Numbered from the stretch's first letter, positions 22,560-34,372 are shown. The stretch: DNA of 64,000 bases from an uncultured Actinomycetota bacterium (GCA_963770565.1 CAVYQE010000001.1:1-64000); one strand, 5' to 3'. Notes: a model not told the origin generated them from the sequence alone. Translations and numbers: made by a program.

Positions 22560-25485
22560 TTATTTCCCGCCCTTCGCCGGCGGATGGCGGACGATCTCGA
22601 CCGTCGCGAACAGGGCCTCGTCGTCGAACCGCAGCGTGGCCATCACTTCGTCGAGATTGGCGAGGAAGCGAGCAAACGATGAGTGCTCGTCGAGTCCCGG
22701 ATTCTGCTTCGAGTCGGCCCGATTACCATGAACGCTGCATACGACCATGTCGTGCGCTGCGTCGAATTCATAATGCCCATGCTCGGGGCAGAAATAGCGC
22801 ACGCCATATTTCAGCTCCGAAAGCCGCTCAACGTCGTCGAGCGGTGCGTCGTACAGCTTCGAGAGGGTGTAGATCGCCACGGCGTTGTGGTGGCAGGCCA
22901 GCCGGGACTTTTCCGCCCAATAGAGATCGAGCTGACTGCGGAGCCGATCCAGGCGCTTTGCGATTGAACCGCACCAGAAGCTGCACCGGCTCGGCCGCCG
23001 GCCCGGCCGGATTTGCCTCGGCATCAATCACCTGCTTCAAAATTTCCGGCTTCGTCGCGGCGACCAATTGATTGCCGACCAGCGCCACATGCAGCCGCAG
23101 CTTGATCGCGTAGACCTGGAAGCTGAACACATACTGCACGTGCTGCTTGTAATCGGGCAAGCGATAGGCGTCGAAATGCGTCGCCAGCCCGAAGACGTTG
23201 TCGTCCTTGAGCGGAATACGTTTCGAAAGTTGCTCGAGCAGCCGGGCCGCTTTGTCGCGGTCTTCCACGTCGATCGTCACATAGGTCGGCATCGTGGCCG
23301 CCGCGAGCATCGTCGAGACGATCATCTGCTCGTCGATCGACACATGTTGGATCAGCGGCAGATCGAGCGGGCGGAACCGCGTCGGATCGATTTCCAGCAC
23401 CGTGTCGTCGTCGCAGAAATGGAGCGAAGCCCGATCGCCGAGCCACTTGAGATCGGCCAGCGTCGGATCGGCTTGCAACGACTTCGGCGACGCCCGGCAA
23501 ATCGCGGACGAAATTGCCGATCGCCGCCCGCCCCGGCACCGCGGCCAGCGACACCACGGCCGACGACGCGATATGCCGCGTGTCGATCGTTTGCGGCTTG
23601 TCGGCCAGTCGCGACCGCAGCTCGTGATACAGCCCGCCGTTGGCGAACGGCAAGATGCACGTCTCCAGCTTCACCTGCGGCTCGACGGTGATTCGCACGG
23701 CGATCGGGTCGAACACGGTCCGCCAAAACTGCTCGTAACGCTGCTTATAGCGATCGTATTCCGCCTGCTCTTCCTGCGAGACTTTGAGGACCGAGAGTTC
23801 GCAATTGGGCGTGAGATACTTGAGCCGATTGTGCAGCGAGCAGGTGCAGGTGTCGTGGGCCGCGTCGATCGAATACGCTCCGCCGTGCGGGCAAACGACT
23901 TTGCTCGGATCGACGAAATGCCCCTCGACCAGGTCGTTGATCGACGTGGGGGATTTGCCGTTCTCCATCCGATACATGAGCGAGGCATTGTTCAGCATCA
24001 CCAGATTGTTGAAACATTCCAATCGCCGCTTCTCGGAGATCTTTGCCGCCGGCGAAATCATCCGGCGAATGAACGCTTCGGAGGCGAACAGATAGCCGGA
24101 GTTGGCATCGTCGCTCGGCGGCAACAGCGTCGTGACATATTGGTAGTCGAGCGCGTCGTACAGCCGCGGGGCAATGCCCGTCGCCGCGTCGATCACGTCG
24201 CGAATCGCCCGATGCGAATTGGAATAGATCACATAGTCGCCGTGCGTCGCCACGAACGAGCTGACGACTCGGTCGTTCGTGTAGCGGGCGGCGATCTTGT
24301 GCCCGCGATAGTTGAATTCCTGCTCGACCAGATCGGGATGCTGCTGTTTCGTTTCGGCGAGCCAGGCATCGGCGGCCGCCTGAAACAATTCCGGCTTTTT
24401 GAGCCGCAGGATCAGCGTCACGTCGGTCCCTTCGAGCACGAACGGATCGGACCCCGCGATCGCCAATTCCGAGACGGCGCCGCCGGCGAACAGCTTCGTC
24501 AGCGGATCGCGGCGGAGGCAAAGCTGCTCTTCGAGTTTCTGCTGCACGCGGTTGTCCTGGGCGGTGACCGTGAACAGCCGCAGCAAACTATCGCCCCAAT
24601 CGACGCTCAGATCGAGCACTTCGCCCGCCGCCTTGAGCGAATGAAAGTGCAAGAAGTATTGATCCTCGGGGATCAGCCTGGCGATATCGGCCCGCTTCGG
24701 CTGGCGCTTGTCTTTCGCCAATTTCTCGTCGAGCAATTGCCGATAGGGGAGCGATTGCATGGTCGGCGGCGTGAGCTGATTGATGAGCACGTTCAGATCG
24801 CCCTGGCGATGCCCGCCGCTGAGCGTCGCCGGCTGCAGGGCTTCGTGAACGGCCAGCGAGCCCGGTCACTATGTCGTACAGATCGGCTTCGAGATCGGTC
24901 GCGGGCCGGGCCGGCTTCGGCAGCGGGGGCGGACGCACGCCATAGCGCTGCTCCGATTGCAGCAGCACGTATTGAAAGAACGTCTCGTCGGGATAGAGCG
25001 TCAGCAGATCGCGAAAATACTCGTTCTGCTGCTCGGCCCATTGCTGGAAGATCGATCCGCGACCCGGTCGCCTCGGCGGGGATCGGGATCTCGATGTCCC
25101 CCTGCCGCACGTCCACGTGCCGCGAGCCGTCGAGATTCTCCGTCACCGATTCATACGAGAGCCGCACCTTCGCGACCCCCTTGCCGCGCAACCGGCCGAA
25201 AAACTCCGCATGCTTCTGATGAAATCGCGTCTGGGGCGGATAGACCAAATACGCATTGCGATCGAGCGGCGCGCAACCGCAGATAATTGCTCTTCTCGAA
25301 TTCCTCGGCCAGAAACGGCTGCTCGAGCTTGAGCGAAAATGCGAACGACTGCGCCATCCTTGTCGCGATACACTTCCACTTTGTGGCTGAACGGCGAGCG
25401 GATCAGGCGCCGCAGCCGCGCGCAACGCGCAAACCCCAATGAAAGCGCCAGAGCGCAGAGTGCCACGACAAGTGCACATCCGCAT
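22560..25485 (-). CDS. Large exported hypothetical protein (frameshifted)
   Basis: Consecutive ORF pieces with coding-like GC bias; signal-like N-terminus; two CPxxGxY..CSxH motifs. Confidence 0.7.
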
Positions 25486-25818
25486 GACGGTTTCTCCGAT
25501 TCTCGGGTGAGACGAATTGGCTGGGAGCTGGCGCGAGGGTCGAGGCGATGAAAAGTGGACGACCGGAAAGGGGTCGGGAGTCGGTTTCGCCATTGCGCAT
25601 CTGCAATTGCCGAACGTCCAACGAGGCGAAATCGAGTCCCAACCGCCGGCCCCGGCTACTGTCAATTACCCGGCCACGCCGCGCGGAGTTTCAAGCGTGT
25701 CGCGCAGGACGATACTTATGTCGGTGCGCGGGGCACAGAGCGGTGGCAGGGATTTGCATCGCAGGCCGCGGGGTCTCAGATCGGTGCGCGCGTCAGACAG
25801 CGCCGGTCGCGCCGGCCA

Positions 25819-26286
25819 TCAGCGCCGGAGCATGGCTGCTTGCCGAGAGAAAATGATCGCCCCCGCGACGCTCAGAATGGCGATCGAGGCAAAGATCGGC
25901 AGCGCCGCCGTGGTGCGATCGACGAACTGCTTGAGGCGCGGAATTCGGGACAAGGCTTCGTTCGCCGCGGCACAGAGCAACGCGGCATACGACCAGGTCA
26001 TGTATTGATAATGCCGCCAGAGCCAGTTGCGAATCCGCCGGCGGTAGACGATTTGTGCCGTCGCTCCGCCGATGATGAGCAAATTGATCAGCGCCAGCAG
26101 GTGAAAGATGTTGAATCGCCCCGTGATTTGATAAATTCCGAGCGCCGACAGACAGTTGCCGAACATGCCGGCAATATAGACTCGGCCCATCCAAACATGC
26201 CATCGCGACCCCTTCGGCGTCGACAGGATCGCTCCGCCGATCGCCAGCGAAAGCACAGCACACAGATAATGAAGCGATCCGAGCAT
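25819..26286 (-). CDS. DUF2306-like membrane protein
   Basis: KGSRWHVWMGRVY..FNIFHLL..HYQYMTWSY. Confidence 0.75.
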   Translation of the reverse strand: MLGSLHYLCAVLSLAIGGAILSTPKGSRWHVWMGRVYIAGMFGNCLSALGIYQITGRFNIFHLLALINLLIIGGATAQIVYRRRIRNWLWRHYQYMTWSYAALLCAAANEALSRIPRLKQFVDRTTAALPIFASIAILSVAGAIIFSRQAAMLRR

Positions 26287-26395
26287 CGGTCAATGAGTAG
26301 GTGGCCGCGGCCTGAGGCGCTATGAGGTGAACCCGGCCGTTCGTCATCGACGCGGATCGGCGACTCACGGCCCCGATTCGAAAAGACAGGGCCGT

Positions 26396-27708
26396 TTATT
26401 CCTGCACGCGAATCGTCCGCTGCGGCCACTCCTTCACTTCCCTGACGAGCTTTTTCAAAGAGCCCTCGATCAGCGGTCCGGGCTGGCCTTTGCCGGTCGA
26501 AAGATTGCGGGTGTTGAACAGGGCGGCGATGTTCACGTTGTCGGGCAAATGGATGAGTTCGGTCGAAGTGCCGTCGAGGCTGCCGTTGTGCTCGAAAGCG
26601 ACTCGGCCCCGTTTGAGACGGTGAACCGACCAGCCGCATCCGTAATACGAAGTTTTCGGAGTGCCGTCCGGCTTCTGCCCGACCGCGCCGGCCGGCCGCC
26701 CCAGCATGGTGGCAATCATCGCCGGCTTCAACAGCGGCGAATGATCCGGATCGTCGAACGCCGAAGCGAACCGGGCCAAATCCACCGCCGAGGCGATCCA
26801 GCCGCCGTGAGAATCCATCGCCCCGATGCACCAGCCGCCGTACGGCCAGGGAACTTTTTGGCCGAGATTCTTTGCGAACACCGATCGGCCCGGCCCGGAT
26901 TTCTCGTAGTAAGTCACTTCGCCCGGCGCCCGGTCTTCTTCGAGCGTCTTGCCGAGCCGCATCTCATGAATCCCCAGCGGATGGAGCACGTTTTTTTGGA
27001 CGTACAATCCATAGTGCTCGCCCGTGACGCGCTCGATCACGCGCCCCAGCACGCAAAAGCCGAAATTGGAATAGACGTATTTCGTGCCCGGCGCGAAATC
27101 GAGCGGCATCCCTTCCATATAGCGAATGATCTGCCGCTGCCGCGCCGGCGGCTTGTGCCGAAAGCCTTGGCGATCGCAACGCTGCGAAACATCGGATCGA
27201 ACGATTTGATCGAATCCCAGCCCCCCGTGTGATGCAGCAATTCCAGCACGGTGATCTGCTTGAGCCGCGGGTCGGGCTTCGCGTCCTTGCCGGCATAGGG
27301 CTTCAGGCCGAGCAGCTCGAACGGCTTGTCGTCGAGGCGGAGCTTGCCGCGCTCGACCAACTGGAGAATGGCGACCGCGGTGAACGGCTTCGAAATGCTG
27401 GCGATCCGGAACAGCGACGTCGGTTCGACCGGCGCCTTTGTCTTGCGGTCGGCATAGCCGAAGCCGCGGGCATAGACCACGCGGCCATCCTTGATGATGG
27501 CGAGCGATCCCCCGGGGATGCCATGCTCCGCGATGAAACGGCTCATCAGCTTGTCGAACGCGGCGAGTTCCGGCACCTCGACGCCGGTGATCACGACCGG
27601 CTTGGCCGGCTGCTCGATCCCGGGGCTCGGGGCGCGGCGGCAGCGACACTGCTCACCGCGGCCGGCCAGGCGGCGATCAGGCCGATGAAAACGAGCCACT
27701 TGGACCAT
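26396..27708 (-). CDS. Serine hydrolase, beta-lactamase class C-like (frameshifted)
   Basis: FRIASISK (SxxK), YSN, HNGS motifs; signal peptide. Confidence 0.9.
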
Positions 27709-27912
27709 CCGAAGTTTTCCGCCGCTATCGAAAGAAATCGCACGATTCGTCTCCTGATGAAATCAAACAGAGCGGTGTCTCGCCGCGACCAGCGACGAAA
27801 TCCTCCGGCCGTGTCGCTCGCGGCGCCAAGCCACTTGGAAGTCGATTCTAAATGCCTACAATTCCTTCTGTCCACGCTTGCGTCCGCCAAATTCGCGAAT
27901 TTCGAGAGTTTT

Positions 27913-29092
27913 ATGACGAGTTCCTATATCCTGTCCGGCTGCCGCACGCCGATCGGCCGGTTTCTGGGCGGTCTGGCGGCGCTTCCCGCCCCGGAGTTGG
28001 GGGCCGCTGTGGTCCGCGAGGCGATCGTTCGCGCCGGCGTCGCCCCGGCGGCGATCGAAGAAGCGATCATGGGCTGCGTGCTTCCGGCGGGCGTCGGCCA
28101 GGCGCCGGCCCGGCAGGCGGCGCTCAAAGCCGGGGTTCCCCCCACGGTCGCCGCGGTGACCATCAACAAGGTCTGCGGCTCGGGGCTCAAGGCCGTCATG
28201 CTGGCCGATCAGGCGATTCGCTGCGGCGACGCGCGGCTGATCGTCGCCGGCGGCATGGAGAGCATGAGCCGGGCCCCGTTTCTTGCTGACCGGGGCCCGC
28301 GAGGGGTGGAAATTCGGCCCGCAGAAGGTGCTCGATTCGATGCTGCACGACGGCCTGTGGTGCGCGTTCGAAGACGTGTCGATGGGGGCCGAAGCGGATT
28401 ACATCGCGTCGAGCCGCGAAGTGAATCGCGGCGATCAAGATGCTTTCGCTCTGGAAAGCCATCGTCGGGCGGTTGCGGCGATCGAGCATGGGCTGTTCGA
28501 CGCCGAGATCGTGCCGATCGTCGTGCCGGGCCGCAACGGAGAGACGCGCGTCGCCCGCGACGAAGGGCCGCGGAGCGATTCGACCCTCGAAGGGCTCGCG
28601 AAGCTGCGCCCCTCGTTTGCCACCGATGGGACCGTCACGGCCGGCAACGCCTCGCAACTCAGCGACGGAGCGGCGGCGCTGATCGTCGCCGACGAGCGGC
28701 TGGCGAGCGACAGCAACTCACCGCTCAAGGCGCGGATCGTCGCGGCGGCCACTTCGGGCGTTCCGCCGAAAGAAATCTTCATCGCCCCGGTGACGGCGAT
28801 CGAGCGCGTGCTGGAAAAAGCGCGGCTCAAGCTGTCCGACATCGACTTGGTCGAACTGAACGAAGCCTTCGCCGCCCAATGCCTCGCCTGCATGAGGCCG
28901 CTCGGCCTCGATCCGGCGAAGACGAACGTCAGCGGCGGCGCGATTGCGCTGGGCCATCCGATCGGGGCCAGCGGAGCGCGAGTGCTCGTGACGCTGATTT
29001 ACAACCTGAAACGCCTCGGCCTGAAGCGCGGCCTGGCCTCGCTCTGCCTCGGCGGCGGAAATGCCGTGGCCATGATCGTGGAACGGCAGTGA
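27913..29092 (+). CDS. Acetyl-CoA C-acyltransferase / thiolase (frameshifted)
   Basis: [26 protein letters not shown]. Confidence 0.94.
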
Positions 29093-29199
29093 CGCGCGCG
29101 ATGGGCGCACGACTCAATCGGTCGAACTGTCAAATTAGATGCAAACTAAACCACGAACCACAATCCAAAGCCTGAAATTCTTGCGGACTCTCCTTCGAG

Positions 29200-29628
29200 A
29201 TGCGCCATCACGACTTCGCTGATAATATCTTCGATTGGATTAACGCTCTTCCGCCGCTTTGGCACTGGCTGATTGCCGGGGTCGGCGCGTTCCTGGGGCT
29301 CGTCTTTTTTGGCGGGCTCGTTTCAGAAGGTGAGGGCTGGGATCCGATCTTTACGACGCGGAACAAGCGCGAATTGCTCGTCGGAACGTTTACTTCGGCG
29401 CTCTGGGGCGCGATTGGCCTCATCTTATCAATCGTATTTCTTGCGCCGTGCCTGACCTTGTGGGGCTTATGGAAATGCAACGTCACATTATCGGAGGTGG
29501 TCGGCCTCCCGCTCGGATTGGCGTTGATGCTTGGATTCGTGTACAGTGTCGTGAAGATCGTCGATTGGCGGCGGCTGAGGCGCCATCGGAAACTTCTCGA
29601 TCAGCCGCGTAAGCCGAATCGGAATTGA
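29200..29628 (+). CDS. Hypothetical membrane protein
   Basis: Intact 142-aa ORF with 3 hydrophobic segments. Confidence 0.6.
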   Translation: MRHHDFADNIFDWINALPPLWHWLIAGVGAFLGLVFFGGLVSEGEGWDPIFTTRNKRELLVGTFTSALWGAIGLILSIVFLAPCLTLWGLWKCNVTLSEVVGLPLGLALMLGFVYSVVKIVDWRRLRRHRKLLDQPRKPNRN

Positions 29629-29663
29629 ATAATTCAGCACTGCCGAGGAGCTACTCGAGGACC

Positions 29664-29846
29664 ATGATTCAGCCCGATCCGATCGTTGAAGAAGTGCGAA
29701 AAGTGCGCGACGCTTATGCGGCACGATTCAATTATGACCTACGGCTGATCTTCGCCGATTTGAAACGGCAAGAGGCGGTGCGCGGCACGAAGCCGGCCCC
29801 TTCGGACCCGAAATGCGACCCTCCAATCGATTCCGACGGCGAATGA
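29664..29846 (+). CDS. Small hypothetical protein (DPIVEEVR type)
   Basis: DPIVEEVRKVRDAYAARFNYDL; GAGG RBS. Confidence 0.65.
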   Translation: MIQPDPIVEEVRKVRDAYAARFNYDLRLIFADLKRQEAVRGTKPAPSDPKCDPPIDSDGE

Positions 29847-29870
29847 GTCCGCCGATTTGCCGATTCAATC

Positions 29871-30077
29871 ATGAGCCTATCGATCGATGTCGAACGCGAA
29901 CACGACGGCTGATGGATCGCCGAAGTAGGCGAGCTATCCGGCGCTTTGGCCTACGGCGCGACCCGGGACGAAGCGATTGCTCATGCGCAGGCGGCGCGCC
30001 TGAAAATCATCGCCGACCGGCTTGAACAAGCGGAGCCGGTTCCCGAATTGAACGACATCTTTTCGAGCGCGACATGA
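29871..30077 (+). pseudogene. HicB-like antitoxin with in-frame stop and frameshift
   Basis: MSLSIDVEREHDG*WIAEV..LAYGATRDEAIA..IIADRLEQ. Confidence 0.65.
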
Positions 30078-30099
30078 GCCGATGCGCGCAAGCATTTGA

Positions 30100-30290
30100 C
30101 AGGCTTCGCGTCGGCTAGGCCCGGCATGGCGGAGGCCGTGGCGACGTTGCCGTTTACTTCCAGGAATTTGGTGTTCGAGTTGATCCACGAGCCGTCGCGC
30201 TGGCGCTTGGCCAGTTCGACCGGCAGGTCGTGCCGCCAATCGTGCTTTACGCCTTTGTCGTCCTCGATCTCGTTTCGGCCGACGGGCCTT
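30100..30290 (-). pseudogene. C-terminal remnant of a prenyltransferase/squalene-oxidase-repeat protein
   Basis: HDWRHDL..LAKRQRDGSWIN..ATA; no N-terminal part. Confidence 0.5.
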
Positions 30291-30297
30291 GCCGCGA

Positions 30298-31032
30298 TCA
30301 GCGGAGAGCCTGCGCGACGAGGATTCCGCCGACCGCGATCAGGCCCGCGTAGACGGCCCGAAAGAAACCGTCTCCTTGCAGCCGGTGATTGAGCGCCCGT
30401 CCGATCGGAATCGCAATCAGGATGCCCGGCAGCGACATCAGGGAGTAGCGAGTCACGTCGGGAATCCACAGGCCGCATGCCACGTATCCGGCCAACACGA
30501 CCAAGCTCACCGGCAGAAAATAACCTTGCAAGGTCGCGCGAAATCGTTGCGGAGACCACTGCCGTAGCGAGCCATACACGGCCAGCGGCGGCCCGTTCAT
30601 TCCATACGCGCCCCCCAACACGCCGGAGCAAAAGCCGGCGCCGAACAGCCACAGCAGATGGTCCTTCTCCAAACGGAGTTTCCTTTTCGCGAACAGCGAA
30701 TAGAGGGCAAATCCGCTCACGACCAGGCCCAATAGCAGTTTCACGATCTGATCGCTCTCGCGCGTCAGCAACAGCAGCCCCAAGGGAACACCGAACAGCG
30801 CAAACACAATGAGCCACGCCGCGCTGCGAAACTCGATCTTCCGCCAATCTTGCGCAATGATCAAACCGGCCACGACAACCGACACCAGCACGGCCACCGG
30901 CGCAGCGACCGGGATCGGGATCCGCAGCGCCAACAACGGAACCGCGATCAACGCCTCGCCGAACCCGAATGTCGAGCGAATCAACGTCGCGCAGAAAACT
31001 ACGATCAACACGTGAATCGTCGTGGGATCCAT
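30298..31032 (-). CDS. TauE/SafE sulfite exporter family
   Basis: FGFGEAL..GGAYGMNGPP..FRATLQGYF. Confidence 0.88.
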   Translation of the reverse strand: MDPTTIHVLIVVFCATLIRSTFGFGEALIAVPLLALRIPIPVAAPVAVLVSVVVAGLIIAQDWRKIEFRSAAWLIVFALFGVPLGLLLLTRESDQIVKLLLGLVVSGFALYSLFAKRKLRLEKDHLLWLFGAGFCSGVLGGAYGMNGPPLAVYGSLRQWSPQRFRATLQGYFLPVSLVVLAGYVACGLWIPDVTRYSLMSLPGILIAIPIGRALNHRLQGDGFFRAVYAGLIAVGGILVAQALR

Positions 31033-31130
31033 CAGTCGGCGGCGCCCCGGTCGGGTTCCATAGGGTCGGAATTGCCAGCCAGGCGTTGTGCGAATCGCGA
31101 CTCGACGCGATGCTCAACCGGCCGGCGAGG

Positions 31131-32168
31131 TCAGCCGCCGGCGGTGGGTCGCGCCGGCGATTCGCGCAGGCAGCAATCCGCGGGGCAAATATCGTGACTC
31201 GGCCCGAATGCACCCACCGCGGGACGTTCCCCGCCGCCCTCGATCCGCTCGACGATCAACTCGCGAATCATCCGAATGAAGCGCGGATGCGTGCCGACGG
31301 TTGCGGCCCGGACCATTGTGATTCCAAGCTCGTCGCAAACGGCGCGGGCTGCGACGTCGAGATCGTAAATCACTTCCACATGATCGGAGATAAATCCGAT
31401 GGGGACGATCACCACGTCGCCGGCCCCCTCGGTCATCGCCGTGCGCAGCCAATCACAGATGTCCGGCTCCAGCCAGGGCTGGCTGGGCGGCCCGCTGCGG
31501 CTTTGAAACGCCAGTTGCCACGATTCGCGGCCGACGCCCTCCGCAACCAGCCGGGAAGCTTCACGCAGTTGCTCCTCGTAGCGGCAGCCGTTAGCCATCG
31601 CCAGCGGAATGCTGTGAGCCGTGAAGGCCAGCCGCACGCCGTCGCGCCGCGCGGCGGGAATCCGCTCGATGGCCGCGCGCGTCCGGTCGATCATCGGCTC
31701 GATGAACCCCGGATGATTGAAGAACACGCGGAGCTTTTCGATCCGCGGCGCGGCCGGCCCGACTTCCGCGCGGGCCTGCTCGATGTTCTCGCGATACTGC
31801 CGGCAGCCTGAGTAAGAACTGTAAGCCGACGTGAAAAACGCCAGCGCCCGACGAACGCCATTTGTTGCCATCCGCCGCAGCGTATCGGGCAACAGCGGAT
31901 GCCAATTGCGATTGCCCCAATAAATCGGCAGCCGCGGCCCCTGAGCTTCCAATTCCGCCTCGAGCGCCGCTATCAGGGCCCGATTCTGGGCATTGAGCGG
32001 GCTGACGCCGCCGAATTGCCGATAATGCTCGGCCACAGCCAGCATCCGCTCGCGCGGCACATTCTTCCCTCGGAGCACGTTTTCCAAAAACGGCAGCACG
32101 TCATCCATCCCCTCGGGCCCGCCGAAGGAGACGATCAAGATCGCGTCGTATTGCGTTGAATCCGTCAT
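31131..32168 (-). CDS. hemH: Ferrochelatase
   Basis: SFGGPE, GGVSP, FTAHSIP, FQSRSG, PIGFISDHVEVIYDLD. Confidence 0.95.
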   Translation of the reverse strand: MTDSTQYDAILIVSFGGPEGMDDVLPFLENVLRGKNVPRERMLAVAEHYRQFGGVSPLNAQNRALIAALEAELEAQGPRLPIYWGNRNWHPLLPDTLRRMATNGVRRALAFFTSAYSSYSGCRQYRENIEQARAEVGPAAPRIEKLRVFFNHPGFIEPMIDRTRAAIERIPAARRDGVRLAFTAHSIPLAMANGCRYEEQLREASRLVAEGVGRESWQLAFQSRSGPPSQPWLEPDICDWLRTAMTEGAGDVVIVPIGFISDHVEVIYDLDVAARAVCDELGITMVRAATVGTHPRFIRMIRELIVERIEGGGERPAVGAFGPSHDICPADCCLRESPARPTAGG

Positions 32169-32417
32169 AGCGCCATTGTAAACTTGAATCGCGAACTCGG
32201 CACCCCGAGCGCCGGAGTTCGACGACAATTCATCGGCAACCTGCGATTGCGATATGCATCGAGACCGAACCTGTCGAACCAAGGCCTGCACATGGCGATA
32301 AGCCCCCCAAGCGATGTCATCGAATCCTTGGAGCCGCTGATTTTCACCGTCCGTGACCGCTGCATGATCTGAGGTTGTGCCGAGCCGGCTCAAGTGCGCA
32401 AGTCATTGCCCCACATG

Positions 32418-33604
32418 GTATTCCGGGTCTTGAGTGGATTCCTCCGGCGGGCAAGCACCAGACTAGGAGATCCCCAGGATTTTCAAGGCATCGCTCAGGC
32501 GTTCAAGGGGGGTGGGCAGCGCGGCAGATCGTAGACCTAGGCTGTGAAAAATCGGCCCTTCGAGAATTCGAAGGTTTATCCGCTTTTTGTTCCGGTCAGG
32601 CATGCGCGGCGTGGTCACCGAGGCTGTTTCGACAGCAATCAACCCCAACGGGGTTACGGCTCTAGCCCAGGGTTGATTGCCGCAGGCAATCTACCCTGGG
32701 TTCTAATCGGCGCAACACATTTACAACCCCAACGGGGTTGCGGCCGACGCCGCACGTCGGCGCGGGCCGCAACCCCGTTGGGGTTGTGAAGAAACAGGAT
32801 TTGTTGCCTTTCGAACCCAGGGTAGGCCGCTGGCGCGGCCAACCCTGGGCTAGAGCCGTAACCCCATTGGGGTTGAAGCAAAGGCGCGGCAGCGTCCGAT
32901 CGCGGAACAAAAACCGACCAAACCGCCGATTCCAATTCGACCTGAAACGGTCATGAATTTCACAGCCAATCGTAGACCTCCATCACTCCAGACCGGCAAC
33001 CCGGCCTGCTGGCACCCTTCTCGCCTCCGAAACAGCGCCACGCTTACCAAAAGGGGCGATGCGCGAATCACGAGGATTTTCGCTTCACCCACTCAAAACC
33101 CAGTACAGCCGGTTTTGGGAACACTAATCGGCGCTAATTAGCGCTAATTAGCGAGGATTAGCGCTGATTAGCGAGGATTAGTGTTCCTGATCTGTCATGC
33201 CGCCATGCTTTCTCGCTCTCGGTTTTTCCGTGACCTCGTGTAAAAACTTGGTTGCGGCCTGACGGCTGCCCTATGCAATCTGTGGATGAAAACATTTCCG
33301 AGAATTCCGGTTATTCCGGGTCTTGAGCGGGTTCCTCCAGGATTTTCAAGGCATGGCTCAGGCGTTCAAGGGGGGCGGGCAGCGCGGCTCGTCTCGACGG
33401 TTGGAGGATAGGAATAAGCTCGCAAACCACGGAAAAATGGCCCGACAGCCGGCATTCCGACAGATCGTAGCTCCATCACTCCAGACCGGCAGCCCGGCCT
33501 GCTGGCACCCTTCTCGCCTCCGAAACACCACTACACTTACCACAAGGGGCGATGCGCGAATCCCGAGGATTTTCGTATCACCCACTCAAAACCCGGTACA
33601 GCCG
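32418..33604 (-). repeat. Inverted X-Y-X copy of the 831-4264 element
   Basis: Same two ends (cggctgtac / cccggaatac) and the same terminal variant with gcttgcccgccg. Confidence 0.9.
32539..32968. mobile_element. 430-bp MITE-like element with 11-bp target duplication
   Basis: Ends ggctgtgaaa / tttcacagcc; atcgtagacct at 32528-32538 and 32969-32979; internal ccccaacggggtt REPs. Confidence 0.85.
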
Positions 33605-34062
33605 CTCCACAGTCGGATGCGCCGAACCGGTCACAGTTTGTGACCAGTTCGAGTCGCCGGGGCGCCGCGTATCGCCCCTGGGCGTTTACGGAGCATGTTG
33701 ATGGACGCCAACGTCCTTCGTAGCGATCGAGCCGTTCGAATGAGTGTGTTTTTGGTGAGGACTTTCGTGCGGCTACGCGAGCAGATCGCCGCGAACCAAG
33801 CGATCGTCAAACGATTGGCTGAAATCGACCGGACGCTGCTCGCCCACGATAGGCCCTGCGGGATCTTTATCAAAAGCTCTTGCCGCTACTGCAGCCGCCG
33901 CCTCAGCCGCCGCGCCGCCGTATCGGCTTCGGCGCGGCAGCCGGAGGTGACGGCTGAACCGACGACCCGAATCCCCCAAAATTCGAAATCCAAACACAAT
34001 TGCCGGGCACTGCTGTCTGCGGTAAAATTGGGAAAAATGGGCTCATCCACGGAGACGCCGAC

Positions 34063-34317
34063 ATGGACACATTCCCTCCCGATCTTGAAGCCTATGTCCA
34101 ATCCAAGCTCGCGACCGGTCAGTTCGGCTCGCGCGATGAGTTTGCGGCCGAGGCAGTCCGCGTCTACCGCGATCTCGAATCCAGCCGCAGCAAATTCAAG
34201 TCCGACGTCGAGGCCGCTATCGACGAGGCGAATCGCGGACTGGCCGCACCGCTCGATATCGACGCCATCAAGGCCGAATTGATCGCCGAACTCGCTCCCG
34301 ACGGGCTACTGCTCTGA
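34063..34317 (+). CDS. ParD-like RHH antitoxin
   Basis: PPDLEAYVQSKLATGQFGSRDE..AVR..AIDEANRG. Confidence 0.7.
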   Translation: MDTFPPDLEAYVQSKLATGQFGSRDEFAAEAVRVYRDLESSRSKFKSDVEAAIDEANRGLAAPLDIDAIKAELIAELAPDGLLL

Positions 34318-34372
34318 TGGCCCGCAGCCGCGACGTTCCGGCGATCTGGCAAAACGAGTAGATCATAGCGGT

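Larger units (their letters stand above)
32292..33958 (+). pseudogene. ORF6N-domain gene split by a repeat insertion
   Basis: N-terminus IESLEPLIFTVR at 32292-32372; C-terminus SQFVTSS..AFTEH..ANVLRSDRAVRMS..RIGF at ~33627-33958. Confidence 0.7.

Noticed and set aside
23294-25219. 641-aa plus-strand ORF and similar long antisense ORFs (19882-21159, 60131-62209)
   Set aside because: Shadow ORFs opposite real genes in GC-rich DNA, with no recognisable motifs
29910-29912. TGA recoding (Sec/Trp) in the hicB-like ORF
   Set aside because: TGA is a normal stop in many genes here; a CGA-to-TGA change or read error is more likely
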